Assembly (NCBI GenBank): GCA_903842505.1
Contig: CAIMMI010000283.1
Coordinates: 2,568 to 66,567, forward strand
Direction of reading: 5' to 3'
Length of the DNA: 64,000 nucleotides
Source of the DNA: an uncultured Verrucomicrobiota bacterium
GTDB taxonomy: Bacteria > Verrucomicrobiota > Verrucomicrobiia > Limisphaerales > UBA9464
Shown here: positions 19,295 to 27,419 of the stretch, piece after piece
How positions within the stretch are numbered: the stretch's first letter is position 1
Layout of the letters: each line of letters begins with the position of its first letter
Position numbers and translations under genes: made by a program
Notes under the pieces: model-generated
Database searches by the model: none
Seen by the model: only the letters and a program-made list of their open reading frames with translations
Told to the model about the DNA's origin: nothing

Positions 19295-20173
19295 ATGAAC
19301 GTATTGCTCGATTCGCTGGTGGAGTTGATCCGACGGACTTCAGCCGAGATTCCGGATGATGTGAACCGGGCCCTGGTGGCGTCGCTGGAGAACGAGAAGA
19401 AAGGGACGATCGCGGAAAGCGCGTTCAAGATCATCGAACGGAACATTGAATTGGCGAAGCGGAAGTCCCAGCCGATCTGTCAGGACACGGGCAGCATCCT
19501 GTTCTACGTCGATTGTCCGGTGGGCTTTGACCAGATCACGTTCACCGAGGTCTGCCGGGAGGCAGTGAAGCTGGCGACGAAGAAGGGCTACCTGCGGCAG
19601 AACTCCGTCGATTCGATCACGGGCGAGAACGACGGCACCAACCTCGGGCCGGGATCGCCAACGATCCACTTTCACCAGCATCGCTCGGAGAAGATCGAGG
19701 TCCGGCTGATGCTGAAGGGTGGCGGGTGCGAGAATGTCGGGGCGCAATACTCGTTGCCGGCGGAGAAGCTGAAGGCGAACCGGGACCTCGATGGATGCCG
19801 GAAGGTGATCCTGGACGCCGTGCTGCAGGCACAGGGCAAGGGGTGCGGTCCCGGAATCCTGGGCGTCTGCATCGGCGGCGATCGCGCCGTGGGATACGAA
19901 TTCTCGAAGCTTCAATTCCTGCGGATGCTGGATGACCGCAACCCGGACGGGCGTCTCGACGCGTTGGAGCAGGACATCCTGAAGACGGCAAACGAGCTCG
20001 GGATCGGGCCGATGGGCTTCGGCGGCAAGACGACGCTGCTGGGCGTGAAGATCGGGGTGGCGAACCGCCTTCCGGCCTCGTTCTTTGTCTCGATCAGCTA
20101 CATGTGCTGGGCCTTCCGGCGGCAGGGTGTGGAGCTGGATTCCAGCCTCGGCATCGCCCATTGGCTCTATTGA
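19295..20173 (+). CDS. class I (Fe-S) fumarate/tartrate hydro-lyase, alpha subunit
   Basis: PICQDTGSILFYVD, MLKGGGCEN and the overall length match the Fe-S hydro-lyase alpha (N-terminal) subunit. Confidence 0.85.
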   Translation: MNVLLDSLVELIRRTSAEIPDDVNRALVASLENEKKGTIAESAFKIIERNIELAKRKSQPICQDTGSILFYVDCPVGFDQITFTEVCREAVKLATKKGYLRQNSVDSITGENDGTNLGPGSPTIHFHQHRSEKIEVRLMLKGGGCENVGAQYSLPAEKLKANRDLDGCRKVILDAVLQAQGKGCGPGILGVCIGGDRAVGYEFSKLQFLRMLDDRNPDGRLDALEQDILKTANELGIGPMGFGGKTTLLGVKIGVANRLPASFFVSISYMCWAFRRQGVELDSSLGIAHWLY

Positions 20174-20236
20174 ACCGAACCGCCCACCAACCGACTCCAA
20201 GCTTCCGATTCCATCCCATCTCATCCCCATCCACGC

Positions 20237-20812
20237 ATGAAGATTCTCCAGGCTCCGTTCACCGAGGAAATGATGCGGTCACTCCGCGTCGGCGACGAGG
20301 TCGCCATCAACGGCATCGTGTTCACCGGCCGTGACGCGGTGCACAAGTACCTCCATGAAGGCGGCGAGTTACCGCCGGGGGTGAACCTCCGCGACGGGAT
20401 CATCTATCACTGCGGTCCGGTGGTGATGCAGGAACCCAACGGCGAGTGGAAGGTGACGGCGGCCGGGCCGACGACTTCCATCCGCGAGGAACCGTATCAG
20501 GGGCAGATCATCCGCGACTTCGGTGTGCGGGGCGTGATCGGCAAGGGTGGCATGGGAGACCGGACGCTCGCAGCCTGTGCGGCGCACGGATGCGTGTACC
20601 TCCATGCGATCGGGGGCGCGGCGCAGGTGTTGGCGGAGTGCGTGAAGAAGGTGCGGAACGTGTACCTGAAGGAGAAGTTCGGGTCGCCGGAAGCGATCTG
20701 GGAGTTGGAGGTGGAGAACTTCCCGGCGGTGGTGACGATGGATTCGCACGGCGGCAGCCTGCATCAGGAAGTGCTGAAGCACAGTCAGGCGGCGTTGGCG
20801 GAGAGGGTTTGA
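20237..20812 (+). CDS. class I (Fe-S) fumarate/tartrate hydro-lyase, beta subunit
   Basis: GDEVAINGIVFTGRDAVHK, IYHCGPV and IGKGGM match the beta (C-terminal domain) subunit. It lies immediately after the alpha subunit. Confidence 0.85.
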   Translation: MKILQAPFTEEMMRSLRVGDEVAINGIVFTGRDAVHKYLHEGGELPPGVNLRDGIIYHCGPVVMQEPNGEWKVTAAGPTTSIREEPYQGQIIRDFGVRGVIGKGGMGDRTLAACAAHGCVYLHAIGGAAQVLAECVKKVRNVYLKEKFGSPEAIWELEVENFPAVVTMDSHGGSLHQEVLKHSQAALAERV

Positions 20813-20831
20813 AGCGGGCGCAGAAGTTCAT

Positions 20832-21004
20832 AGTTTTCAGTTTCAAGTTTCAAGTTGGGCTCGTACTCCTACTCGTACTCGAGCCCATGAAGCCTCTCAG
20901 CAGACGAGAGGCCTTCTCCGGATCGAGTACGAGTACCGCCCTGCGGGCTGAGTACGAGTACGAGTACGAAGCGAAGCCGGCTTGAAACCTGGATCTGAAA
21001 ACTC
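20832..21004. repeat. 173-bp element made of two ~55-nt imperfect inverted arms (heptamer GTTTCAAG units plus hexamer GTACTC/GAGTAC arrays) around a ~63-nt centre; MITE/REP-like
   Basis: Left arm: agttttcagtttcaagtttcaagttgggctcgtactcctactcgtactcgagc. Reverse complement of the right arm: gagttttcagatccaggtttcaagccggcttcgcttcgtactcgtactcgtactcag. The centre holds the hairpin gcctctc-agcagac-gagaggc. Confidence 0.8.
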
Positions 21005-21185
21005 GCGACGTCAGCAACGACCCCCTCTGCGTCCCTGCGCCCCTGCGGGAAAAACCCCCGCCCTCACCGCGTGCCACCTCCCGACGCGGTCCTCCCGCAG
21101 AGACGCTGGGACGCAGGGAAAACCACTCCAGACAAAGCTCCTCCGCGCCTCTGCGGGAAAAATCCCCAACCCACGAGCCGGGCGT

Positions 21186-21292
21186 GAAGTTCCCAGTCGC
21201 CAGTTTCCAGACCCCAGCTCCAAAGGGTGGGGCGAGTGTCCTCACGAGCCGGGTGGGGAGTTCCGAGTTTCAAGATTCAAGTTTCAAGGCCC
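21186..21292 (+). repeat. dispersed intergenic repeat, full composite copy (CCAGTTTCCAG module plus GTGGGGCGAGTGTCCTCACGAGCC core plus GTTTCAAG array)
   Basis: 21227-21290 matches the reverse complement of 28848-28908 at roughly 90% over ~62 nt: gtggggcgagtgtcctcacgagccg..tggggagt.cc..gtttcaagattcaagtttcaag. Confidence 0.85.
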
Positions 21293-21335
21293 CCTGGGCC
21301 CCGCCTCCTGACGTCGACGGCTACGGGGTCGGAGG

Positions 21336-21920
21336 CTACGGGGTCGGAGGCGGGTAGGCGGCGGATTCCCGGATGGCGGCGGCGACGTGCGGAGGGAGCA
21401 GGTGGTCGACGGGGCGGCCTGTCCGGATGCGCTCGCGGATCTCGGACGAAGAGACTGCCAACGGCCAACCGCGGAGCGGGCGGACCCGGAAAGGTTCGGG
21501 TGCCGGCACCGGCGGGTTCCCCGGGCGGGGGATCATGATGAACTCGACCGTCCGGGCGAGCGTATCGGCCTCGCGCCATTGGTTCAGGGTGGGAACGTGG
21601 TCGGCACCGATCAGCCAGCAGAGTTCGGCACCGGGATGACGGGCGGCGAACTCGCGGACGGTGTCGATGGTGTAGCTGGTTCCACCGCGGCGGAGTTCCA
21701 GTTCGTCGACGGCGAAGTCCGGGCGGCCGGCCAGGGCGATGCGAAGCCACCGGAGGCGGAGCGCATCGTGGGCCGGCGCTGTACCCGGCTTGAAGGGGGA
21801 ACGGGCCGCTGGAATGAAGACGATGCGGTCGAGGTTCATCTCCTCGCAGGCGGCCTCGGCCACGAGGAGGTGGCCGAGGTGCACGGGATCGAACGAGCCG
21901 CCGTAGAGACCGATGCGCAT
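21336..21920 (-). CDS. nadD: nicotinate-nucleotide adenylyltransferase
   Basis: MRIGLYGGSFDPVHLGHL carries the (H/T)xGH nucleotidyltransferase motif. The start is at ATG 21920, 7 nt after the cstA stop. Confidence 0.9.
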   Translation of the reverse strand: MRIGLYGGSFDPVHLGHLLVAEAACEEMNLDRIVFIPAARSPFKPGTAPAHDALRLRWLRIALAGRPDFAVDELELRRGGTSYTIDTVREFAARHPGAELCWLIGADHVPTLNQWREADTLARTVEFIMIPRPGNPPVPAPEPFRVRPLRGWPLAVSSSEIRERIRTGRPVDHLLPPHVAAAIRESAAYPPPTP

Positions 21921-21927
21921 GGGAGGT

Positions 21928-24291
21928 TCAGCAGCAACGGTTGATGCCGTCGAACCGCTTCTCGGCGGCGGCGACGTAGGCCTGGGCGCGGGCATCGTCC
22001 GAGACGGCCTCGCGGACTTCGGGCAGATCGATCAGCACGCGTGGACCACAGGCGGGTGCAGCGGTCGACACGGCGGTGGCGGCGGCTTGGTCGATCGCGT
22101 CCTGGTCAGTGAGGTGCCGGGCGAGTCCGACGGCGATGGCGACCGCACCCAGGGCTGAGGCTGGGACGTGGGGATCGAGCGGACGAAGGACCGTTTCGGA
22201 TTCGCGGAGGTCCGGTTTGCGGGAGCCGCGGACCAGTCGGGTCCACTCGTAGAGCGCGACGAGGATCACGATTCCGGCGAGGGACAGGAAGGATCCGGTG
22301 ACGACGAAGTCGATGAGGTTGTTGGAGCGGAGGGCGCGATTGACGGTGACGGCTTTGGCGGCGGCTTTGCCAGCGGGGGAATCGGGAGCACCCGCTTCGG
22401 CGAGTGTCTGTTGGAGGGGCGGGAGCTTGGCGTCGAAGTCCCGGACGGCGGCGAGGAAGCCGATGCGCGGCGTCTCATGGAACATCTTCTGGTAGCCGGC
22501 GGTGAAGGTGACCGTCAGCAGCCAGCACAGGGGAAGCAGCGTGACGAGGGCGAGGGCCGGGGACCGTTTCCGGGCGAGGGCCATCTTGAGGATGAGGGTC
22601 GTCGCGAGGATCAGCGCGATGGAGGCCAGCAGTTGGTTCGCGATGCCGAACAGGGGCCAGAGCGAGTTGATCCCGCCGAGGGGATCGCGCACGCCCTGAA
22701 TCAGGAACCAGCCCCACGCGCTGACGACGAGGACGGACGCGAGGAGGTTGGGGCCGAGGGCGCGGGTGTTGCCGAGGGACGGGTGAACGTGACCGAGGAA
22801 ATCCTGGAGGAGGTAGCGTCCGACCCGGGTGCCGGCGTCGAGGGTGGTCAGGATGAACAGGGCCTCGAACATGACGGCGAAGTGGTACCAAAGCCCGAGC
22901 CCACGCCCTCCGGTGATCTGCTTGAAGATCTGGGCCATCCCGACGGCGAGGGTGGCGGCGCCGCCAGTGCGGCCGTAGAGGGACTTTTCTTCGACCTCGG
23001 TGGCGAGGACTTCCATGACGCCGGGTTCAAGGTGGAATCCGGTGGCATTGACGCGTTGGAGGATGTCGGCGACCTGAGCAGCCTCGGTGGCGCCGGCGCC
23101 CTTGACGTTCATGGCGAGGTAGACGCCGGGTTCGAGCGTGCAGGCCGCGACGAGCGCCATGATGGCGACGAGCGATTCCAGCAGCATCGCACCGTAACCG
23201 ACCGGCCGGGCGAAGCGTTCCCGCGTGATGATCTTGGGGGTGATTCCCGACGAGATCAGCGAGTGGAATCCGCTGATGGCACCGCAGGCGATGGTGATGA
23301 AGCAGAAGGGGAAGAGCTTGCCGCCCACGACGAGTCCCTTGCCGGCGACGGCGAAGTCGACGAGGGCCGGCATCTTGAGTTGGGGCAGCATGGCGACAAC
23401 GCCGGCGGCCAGCGCGCCAATGGTGCCGAGCTTCATGAAGGTGGAGAGGTAATCGCGCGGGGCGAGCAGGAGCCACACGGGGAGGACCGACGCGGCGAGG
23501 CCGTACACGATCAGCGTCCACGCGAGCGGTTCGGCCTTCATCGTGAAGGCCTTCGCCAGATCGTCGTGGGAGTGCACGTATTGACCGCCCCAGACGGCCA
23601 GCAGCAGCAGGATCACGCCACCAATCGAGGCTTCCAGCGTCCGGCCGTGCCGCAGGAACCGGAGGTATCCGCCCATGATCATGGCAATCGGGATCGTGGC
23701 TCCGACGGTAAACACGCCCCACGGACTCTCCGCAAGGACCTGGACGACCACGAGACCCAGCACGGCGAGCAGGATGATCATGATCGCGAGGATGGCCACG
23801 AGGGCGACCGCTCCCGCGAATCCGTTGAGCTCGTCCTTCACCATCTGGCCGAGCGATTTTCCGTTTCGGCGCATCGAACCGAAGAGGATCACGAAATCCT
23901 GCACCGCGCCGCCGAGCACAACGCCGATCAGGATCCAGAGCGTCCCGGGAAGGTATCCGAACTGCGCGGCGAGGACGGGTCCGACCAGCGGCCCGGGTCC
24001 GCTGATGGCGGCGAAGTGATGGCCGAAGACGATCCAGGGGTTCGTCTTCACGAAGTCCTGTCCATCCTCGTGGACTTCGCAGGGCGTGGAGCGGCGGTCG
24101 TCGAGCGCCAGAACCCGTGCGGCAATCCACTTCGAGTAGAAGCGGTATCCGATGGCGTACGTGCAAAGGGCGGCGACGACGACGTATCCCGAGTTGAGGG
24201 TTTCGCCGCGGTTGCGGGCAATCGCGGAGTAGCACCAGGCACCGGTCCCGGCGACGAGCAACCAGATGAGGATGGCCAACGGCTTCGGCAT
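21928..24291 (-). CDS. cstA: carbon starvation protein CstA (peptide/pyruvate transporter family) with a C-terminal tail ending in RCC
   Basis: YRFYSKWIAARVL...NPWIVFGHHFAAISGPGPLVGPVLAAQFGYLPG is the CstA signature. The 787-aa protein has many TM segments and a ~90-aa soluble tail. Confidence 0.9.
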   Translation of the reverse strand: MPKPLAILIWLLVAGTGAWCYSAIARNRGETLNSGYVVVAALCTYAIGYRFYSKWIAARVLALDDRRSTPCEVHEDGQDFVKTNPWIVFGHHFAAISGPGPLVGPVLAAQFGYLPGTLWILIGVVLGGAVQDFVILFGSMRRNGKSLGQMVKDELNGFAGAVALVAILAIMIILLAVLGLVVVQVLAESPWGVFTVGATIPIAMIMGGYLRFLRHGRTLEASIGGVILLLLAVWGGQYVHSHDDLAKAFTMKAEPLAWTLIVYGLAASVLPVWLLLAPRDYLSTFMKLGTIGALAAGVVAMLPQLKMPALVDFAVAGKGLVVGGKLFPFCFITIACGAISGFHSLISSGITPKIITRERFARPVGYGAMLLESLVAIMALVAACTLEPGVYLAMNVKGAGATEAAQVADILQRVNATGFHLEPGVMEVLATEVEEKSLYGRTGGAATLAVGMAQIFKQITGGRGLGLWYHFAVMFEALFILTTLDAGTRVGRYLLQDFLGHVHPSLGNTRALGPNLLASVLVVSAWGWFLIQGVRDPLGGINSLWPLFGIANQLLASIALILATTLILKMALARKRSPALALVTLLPLCWLLTVTFTAGYQKMFHETPRIGFLAAVRDFDAKLPPLQQTLAEAGAPDSPAGKAAAKAVTVNRALRSNNLIDFVVTGSFLSLAGIVILVALYEWTRLVRGSRKPDLRESETVLRPLDPHVPASALGAVAIAVGLARHLTDQDAIDQAAATAVSTAAPACGPRVLIDLPEVREAVSDDARAQAYVAAAEKRFDGINRCC

Positions 24292-24297
24292 GAGAAC

Positions 24298-24337
24298 GTG
24301 AGTGTCACGGAGCCCGTGGTGAGTTTGAAGTTTGAAG
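24298..24337 (+). repeat. diverged copy of the dispersed repeat core, upstream of cstA
   Basis: gtgagtgtcacggagcccgtggtgagtttgaagtttgaag compared with ggcgagtgtcctcacgagccgggtggggagttccgagtttcaagattcaag. Confidence 0.5.
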
Positions 24338-24476
24338 ATGGGGTGGGCGGGAACGAATCGGACTGGGTTCTGGGGTGCGGGAACCCGGGGACTTGGGGGT
24401 AACTGTTATTAGGTAAAATGCGGGCTAAGCTGTCGAAGCTTGAGTGGAAAGGGGGTTTGTAAGGTAAAACCCTACC

Positions 24477-25631
24477 ATGAATTCCAGCCGTTGGCTGACG
24501 CGCCTGACCCTCCTCTGGGTCGCGGCGATGCCAAGCCTCTGCCGTGCACTGGACCCTCTCCCGGTGCCCGCCCCTGATGAAAATGATCGGATCCAGATCG
24601 TCCTTCCCCGACCCGGATGGGGAGGGAAGGTGGACCTGTCGTGGGAGGGTGCGCCGTTGGCCGCCGTGCACGTGGAAGGGGAGCCAAAGCGTTACGTGCG
24701 ATCGTGGCTCCCGGGAGGTGGGACGCGTCCTACAAGGCTCCGATTGGCGAATGTGCGGGGCTGGGAATTCCCTGCGACGGCGACGTTTGAGGTGCTTCGG
24801 GCGACGAAGCAATACGGGGACGGACGTTGGGTCTTCCGGCTCGAAGATGCGGTGGCCAGTCCGGCTGGGCCGACCGGAGTCGAGTTGTACACGTGGCGAT
24901 TCGATGCGACCCGCGGTGGCAATTACACCGTTGAGGTGATCGGCGGGGCTTGGCGGGAACAGACGGAAGCGGTCGAGGTGGAGTGTTCCGGAAAGCTTCG
25001 TACGGGACAGTTGGATTTCACCGGGACCCGGGCGGTGGTGAACAAGTCGATCGGCCGGTTGCGGATCGCGGGTGCGGGGCCGCAGACCCTGCGATTGACG
25101 GTGGGCGAAGCGAATCGGCCGCGCCTGGGCCGGGCGGTGGGGGTGATCCTGCGACCGGCGCCGGAAGGACCGCGGAACCGGCCGGGGCCCGCGGGCAATT
25201 ACGAGTTGGCGGCCGCCGCTGCGGCCGTCGAGGGAATGCACCTGAGGCTCGAGGAGAGGAATGGGATTCGGCGGGTAACGGGTTGGCCGGACGGGCCGGG
25301 GGCGTTGGCGTGGGAGATCGATGACGTGCGATCGGGTCGGTATGGGGTGTGGGTCGGAGTGCGTTGCGGTCCGGAAACGCCCGAGCGCATTGAGGTTGAG
25401 GTGGCGGGCAACGGGGTGTCGGTGCCCCCCGTGGATACGGCGGGTGCGGTCCGGTGGTTGGAGGCCGGCGAGGTGGACATCCGCCGGATGGCCGATCATC
25501 CGGTCCGGTTGCGGACGAAGGGGAAGATCCCGGAGACGGGCTGGGACGTGGAAGGCGTGCGGCTTGTACCGCGGGAACCTGGGGCTGGGAATCAGTCCCC
25601 GTCCCCGGACTCCTCGAGTTCGCGGATGTAA
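24477..25631 (+). CDS. hypothetical secreted protein with two beta-sandwich-like modules
   Basis: Signal peptide MNSSRWLTRLTLLWVAAMPSLCRA. There are two similar modules (GGNYTVEVIGGAW...LRLTVGE and SGRYGVWVGVRCG...VRLRTKG). I recognise no family. Confidence 0.6.
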   Translation: MNSSRWLTRLTLLWVAAMPSLCRALDPLPVPAPDENDRIQIVLPRPGWGGKVDLSWEGAPLAAVHVEGEPKRYVRSWLPGGGTRPTRLRLANVRGWEFPATATFEVLRATKQYGDGRWVFRLEDAVASPAGPTGVELYTWRFDATRGGNYTVEVIGGAWREQTEAVEVECSGKLRTGQLDFTGTRAVVNKSIGRLRIAGAGPQTLRLTVGEANRPRLGRAVGVILRPAPEGPRNRPGPAGNYELAAAAAAVEGMHLRLEERNGIRRVTGWPDGPGALAWEIDDVRSGRYGVWVGVRCGPETPERIEVEVAGNGVSVPPVDTAGAVRWLEAGEVDIRRMADHPVRLRTKGKIPETGWDVEGVRLVPREPGAGNQSPSPDSSSSRM

Positions 25632-26116
25632 TCCCAGATGGGGCGGAGGTCAGGGTCGGAGAGCGCGTGCTGGATGACCCCCTTGCGCAGGCCGATCTGC
25701 ATGGCGGATTCGAGCCAGTGGACGGCTTGGGCGGCATCGCCAAGCTTCATCCAGTAGCAGGCGAGGTTGTAGGGCAGGGCAGCGATCTTCGGATGCTGCG
25801 GCAGGATGTCCATGACCGAGTCGATGGCTTCCTGAGGGCGGTTGAGCCAGAACAGGGCGTTGGCCTGATTCATGTGGCCGCGGAAGTCGGTGGGAAAGTC
25901 GGCGACGTGCTGTTTGGCGATGGCGAGGCCTTCGGTGTAGCACTGGCGACGGGCGAGGACCTGAAAGCGGATTTCGAGGACATCCGGGCAACCGAAGTAC
26001 TGGGGACGGATGTTGCCCAGTTCGGCCTCGGCTTCCTGGATGTTGCCGAGCTCCAGCCAGCCACGGGCGAACTGGAGATGCACGCTGTCCGGATGTGGAG
26101 GGACACTCTCGATCAC
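25592..26116 (-). CDS. TPR repeat protein
   Basis: TPR-like helices (GWLELGNIQEAEAEL, YNLACYWMKLGDAAQAVHWLESAM). The start is uncertain: GTG 26116 or 26083 is preferred over ATG 26242, because 26150-26242 contains an intergenic repeat and abuts the purC start. Confidence 0.6.
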   Translation of the reverse strand: MIESVPPHPDSVHLQFARGWLELGNIQEAEAELGNIRPQYFGCPDVLEIRFQVLARRQCYTEGLAIAKQHVADFPTDFRGHMNQANALFWLNRPQEAIDSVMDILPQHPKIAALPYNLACYWMKLGDAAQAVHWLESAMQIGLRKGVIQHALSDPDLRPIWDYIRELEESGDGD

Positions 26117-26254
26117 GAAGGAAAGGAGGTTTGTTGGCGGGCCAACTTTCAAGAGGCAAGTTTTGGTGAGTGGGAACTGGGGACTCGAAACTCCCCTGCA
26201 GTCCGGGAAATCGCGCTTTCGCCGTGGCCGCCTTCCAATCATGTTCTGCGCCCC

Positions 26255-27145
26255 ATGTCCGATGTCCCGCTATTGTCCCTCGAACTGCCTGGAATCCCGA
26301 AGCTGAAGTCCGGGAAGGTTCGGGAGGTGTTTGATCTGGGTGACCGGTTGTTGTTCGTGGCGACCGACCGCATTTCCGCGTTCGACTGCATCATGCCGAA
26401 TGGGATTCCGCAAAAGGGCGAGGTGCTCACGCAGATTTCGCACTTTTGGTTCGACCGGACGGAGTCCTGGTTGCCGAACCACCGGTTGGCGCGGGCGGGC
26501 GACGCCCTGCCGCCGGAGTTGAAACCGTTCGAGGCCCAGTTGAAGGGCCGGAGCATGATCGTGTGCAAGGCGGCGCCGTTGCCGATCGAATGTGTGGTGC
26601 GCGGCTACCTGGCGGGCTCCGGATGGAAGGAATACCGCAGTCACGGGACCGTGTGCGGAATCCGCCTGCCTGCCGGGTTGAAGGAATCGGATGCCCTGCC
26701 GGAACCGATCTTCACGCCGGCGACGAAGGCGGAGACGGGGCACGACGAGAACATCCCGTTCGAGAAGGCGGCGGAATTGACGGGGGCGGACCTGGCGGCG
26801 CAGGCGCGGGATCTGAGCCTGAAGCTTTATTCGTTCGCGCGGGATTACGCCCGGAGCCGCGGGATCATCATCGCCGATACCAAGTTTGAGTTCGGCGTTT
26901 TCGAGGGGCGATTGGTCCTGATTGACGAGGTGTTGACGCCGGATTCCTCGCGGTTCTGGCCGGCGGACCAGTACGTTCCGGGCCGGAGCCAGCCGAGCTA
27001 CGACAAGCAGTACGTCCGCGACTACCTGGAGACCCTGACGTGGTCGAAGACGCCGCCGGCACCTGCGCTGCCGCCGGAGGTGGTGGCCCGGACGCAGGCC
27101 AAGTATCTGGAGGCCTTCGCCCGTTTGACGGGAAGGCCGCTTTGA
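26255..27145 (+). CDS. purC: phosphoribosylaminoimidazole-succinocarboxamide (SAICAR) synthase
   Basis: SGKVREVFDLGDRLLFVATDRISAFD, IADTKFEFG and LIDEVLTPDSSRFW are PurC motifs. The 563-aa ORF is trimmed to ATG 26255. Confidence 0.93.
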   Translation: MSDVPLLSLELPGIPKLKSGKVREVFDLGDRLLFVATDRISAFDCIMPNGIPQKGEVLTQISHFWFDRTESWLPNHRLARAGDALPPELKPFEAQLKGRSMIVCKAAPLPIECVVRGYLAGSGWKEYRSHGTVCGIRLPAGLKESDALPEPIFTPATKAETGHDENIPFEKAAELTGADLAAQARDLSLKLYSFARDYARSRGIIIADTKFEFGVFEGRLVLIDEVLTPDSSRFWPADQYVPGRSQPSYDKQYVRDYLETLTWSKTPPAPALPPEVVARTQAKYLEAFARLTGRPL

Positions 27146-27185
27146 TCTCCGCCTGCCCGTCTCCGGGGTGGGGGAATTGAGGAGA

Positions 27186-27215
27186 GAACCCCGATAACGT
27201 CGGGTATCGGGGTTC
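27186..27215 (+). terminator. probable intrinsic terminator after purC
   Basis: Perfect 11-bp stem gaaccccgata / tatcggggttc with an 8-nt loop (acgtcggg). It is followed by attctgt and lies 41 nt after the purC stop. Confidence 0.6.
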
Positions 27216-27419
27216 ATTCTGTGGATTGGGTGCGGGGCGAAGGTCTGGTGGGCCTCGACCCGTTGGGCGGCGATCGAGCAGTTCCCAAGGAACCGATCCA
27301 CCCCGGGAATCCGGCTTCACGCCACAAGCTTGCTGCAAGCTGGCGGTAGATTTTGCGTGATCTGAGGAAGCGCGGTGGGTAATTTTTGCCGCCAGCTCAA
27401 AAAGATCACCGAAATACCG

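Noticed and set aside
20887-20985. 32-codon ORF MKPLSRREAFSGSSTSTALRAEYEYEYEAKPA inside the 173-bp inverted-repeat element
   Set aside because: The EYEYEYE run is just the translated GAGTAC hexamer array. The ORF sits wholly within a repeat and has no convincing ribosome-binding context.
20813-21335. Large gaps checked for tRNA, tmRNA, RNase P, SRP or 6S RNA genes. The gaps 55926-56367 and 27146-27419 were checked the same way.
   Set aside because: By eye I found no cloverleaf-compatible arms with a GTTCRANYC T-loop, no RNase P GAGGAAAGTCC box and no SRP GGAAGCAGCC-type motif. A covariance-model scan would be needed for certainty.
21928-21960. Possible selenocysteine in the CstA tail (the YbdD-type family includes selenoprotein members)
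   Set aside because: The tail ends with two ordinary Cys codons followed by a stop. There is no in-frame TGA with downstream coding continuation.
25454-26254. 267-codon N-terminal extension of the purC ORF. The same issue affects lipA (to 3902), rex (to 19446), nadD (to 21995), the SDR gene (to 60877) and the IPT/TIG-repeat protein gene (from 52499).
   Set aside because: The upstream parts overlap other supported genes or repeat-filled intergenic DNA and lack family similarity. The internal starts reproduce the normal protein lengths.
26150-26254. Possible purine or ZTP-type riboswitch upstream of purC
   Set aside because: I could not find the conserved ZTP or purine riboswitch core sequences. 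The segment instead matches the dispersed repeat family (gggaactggggactcgaaactcccc).
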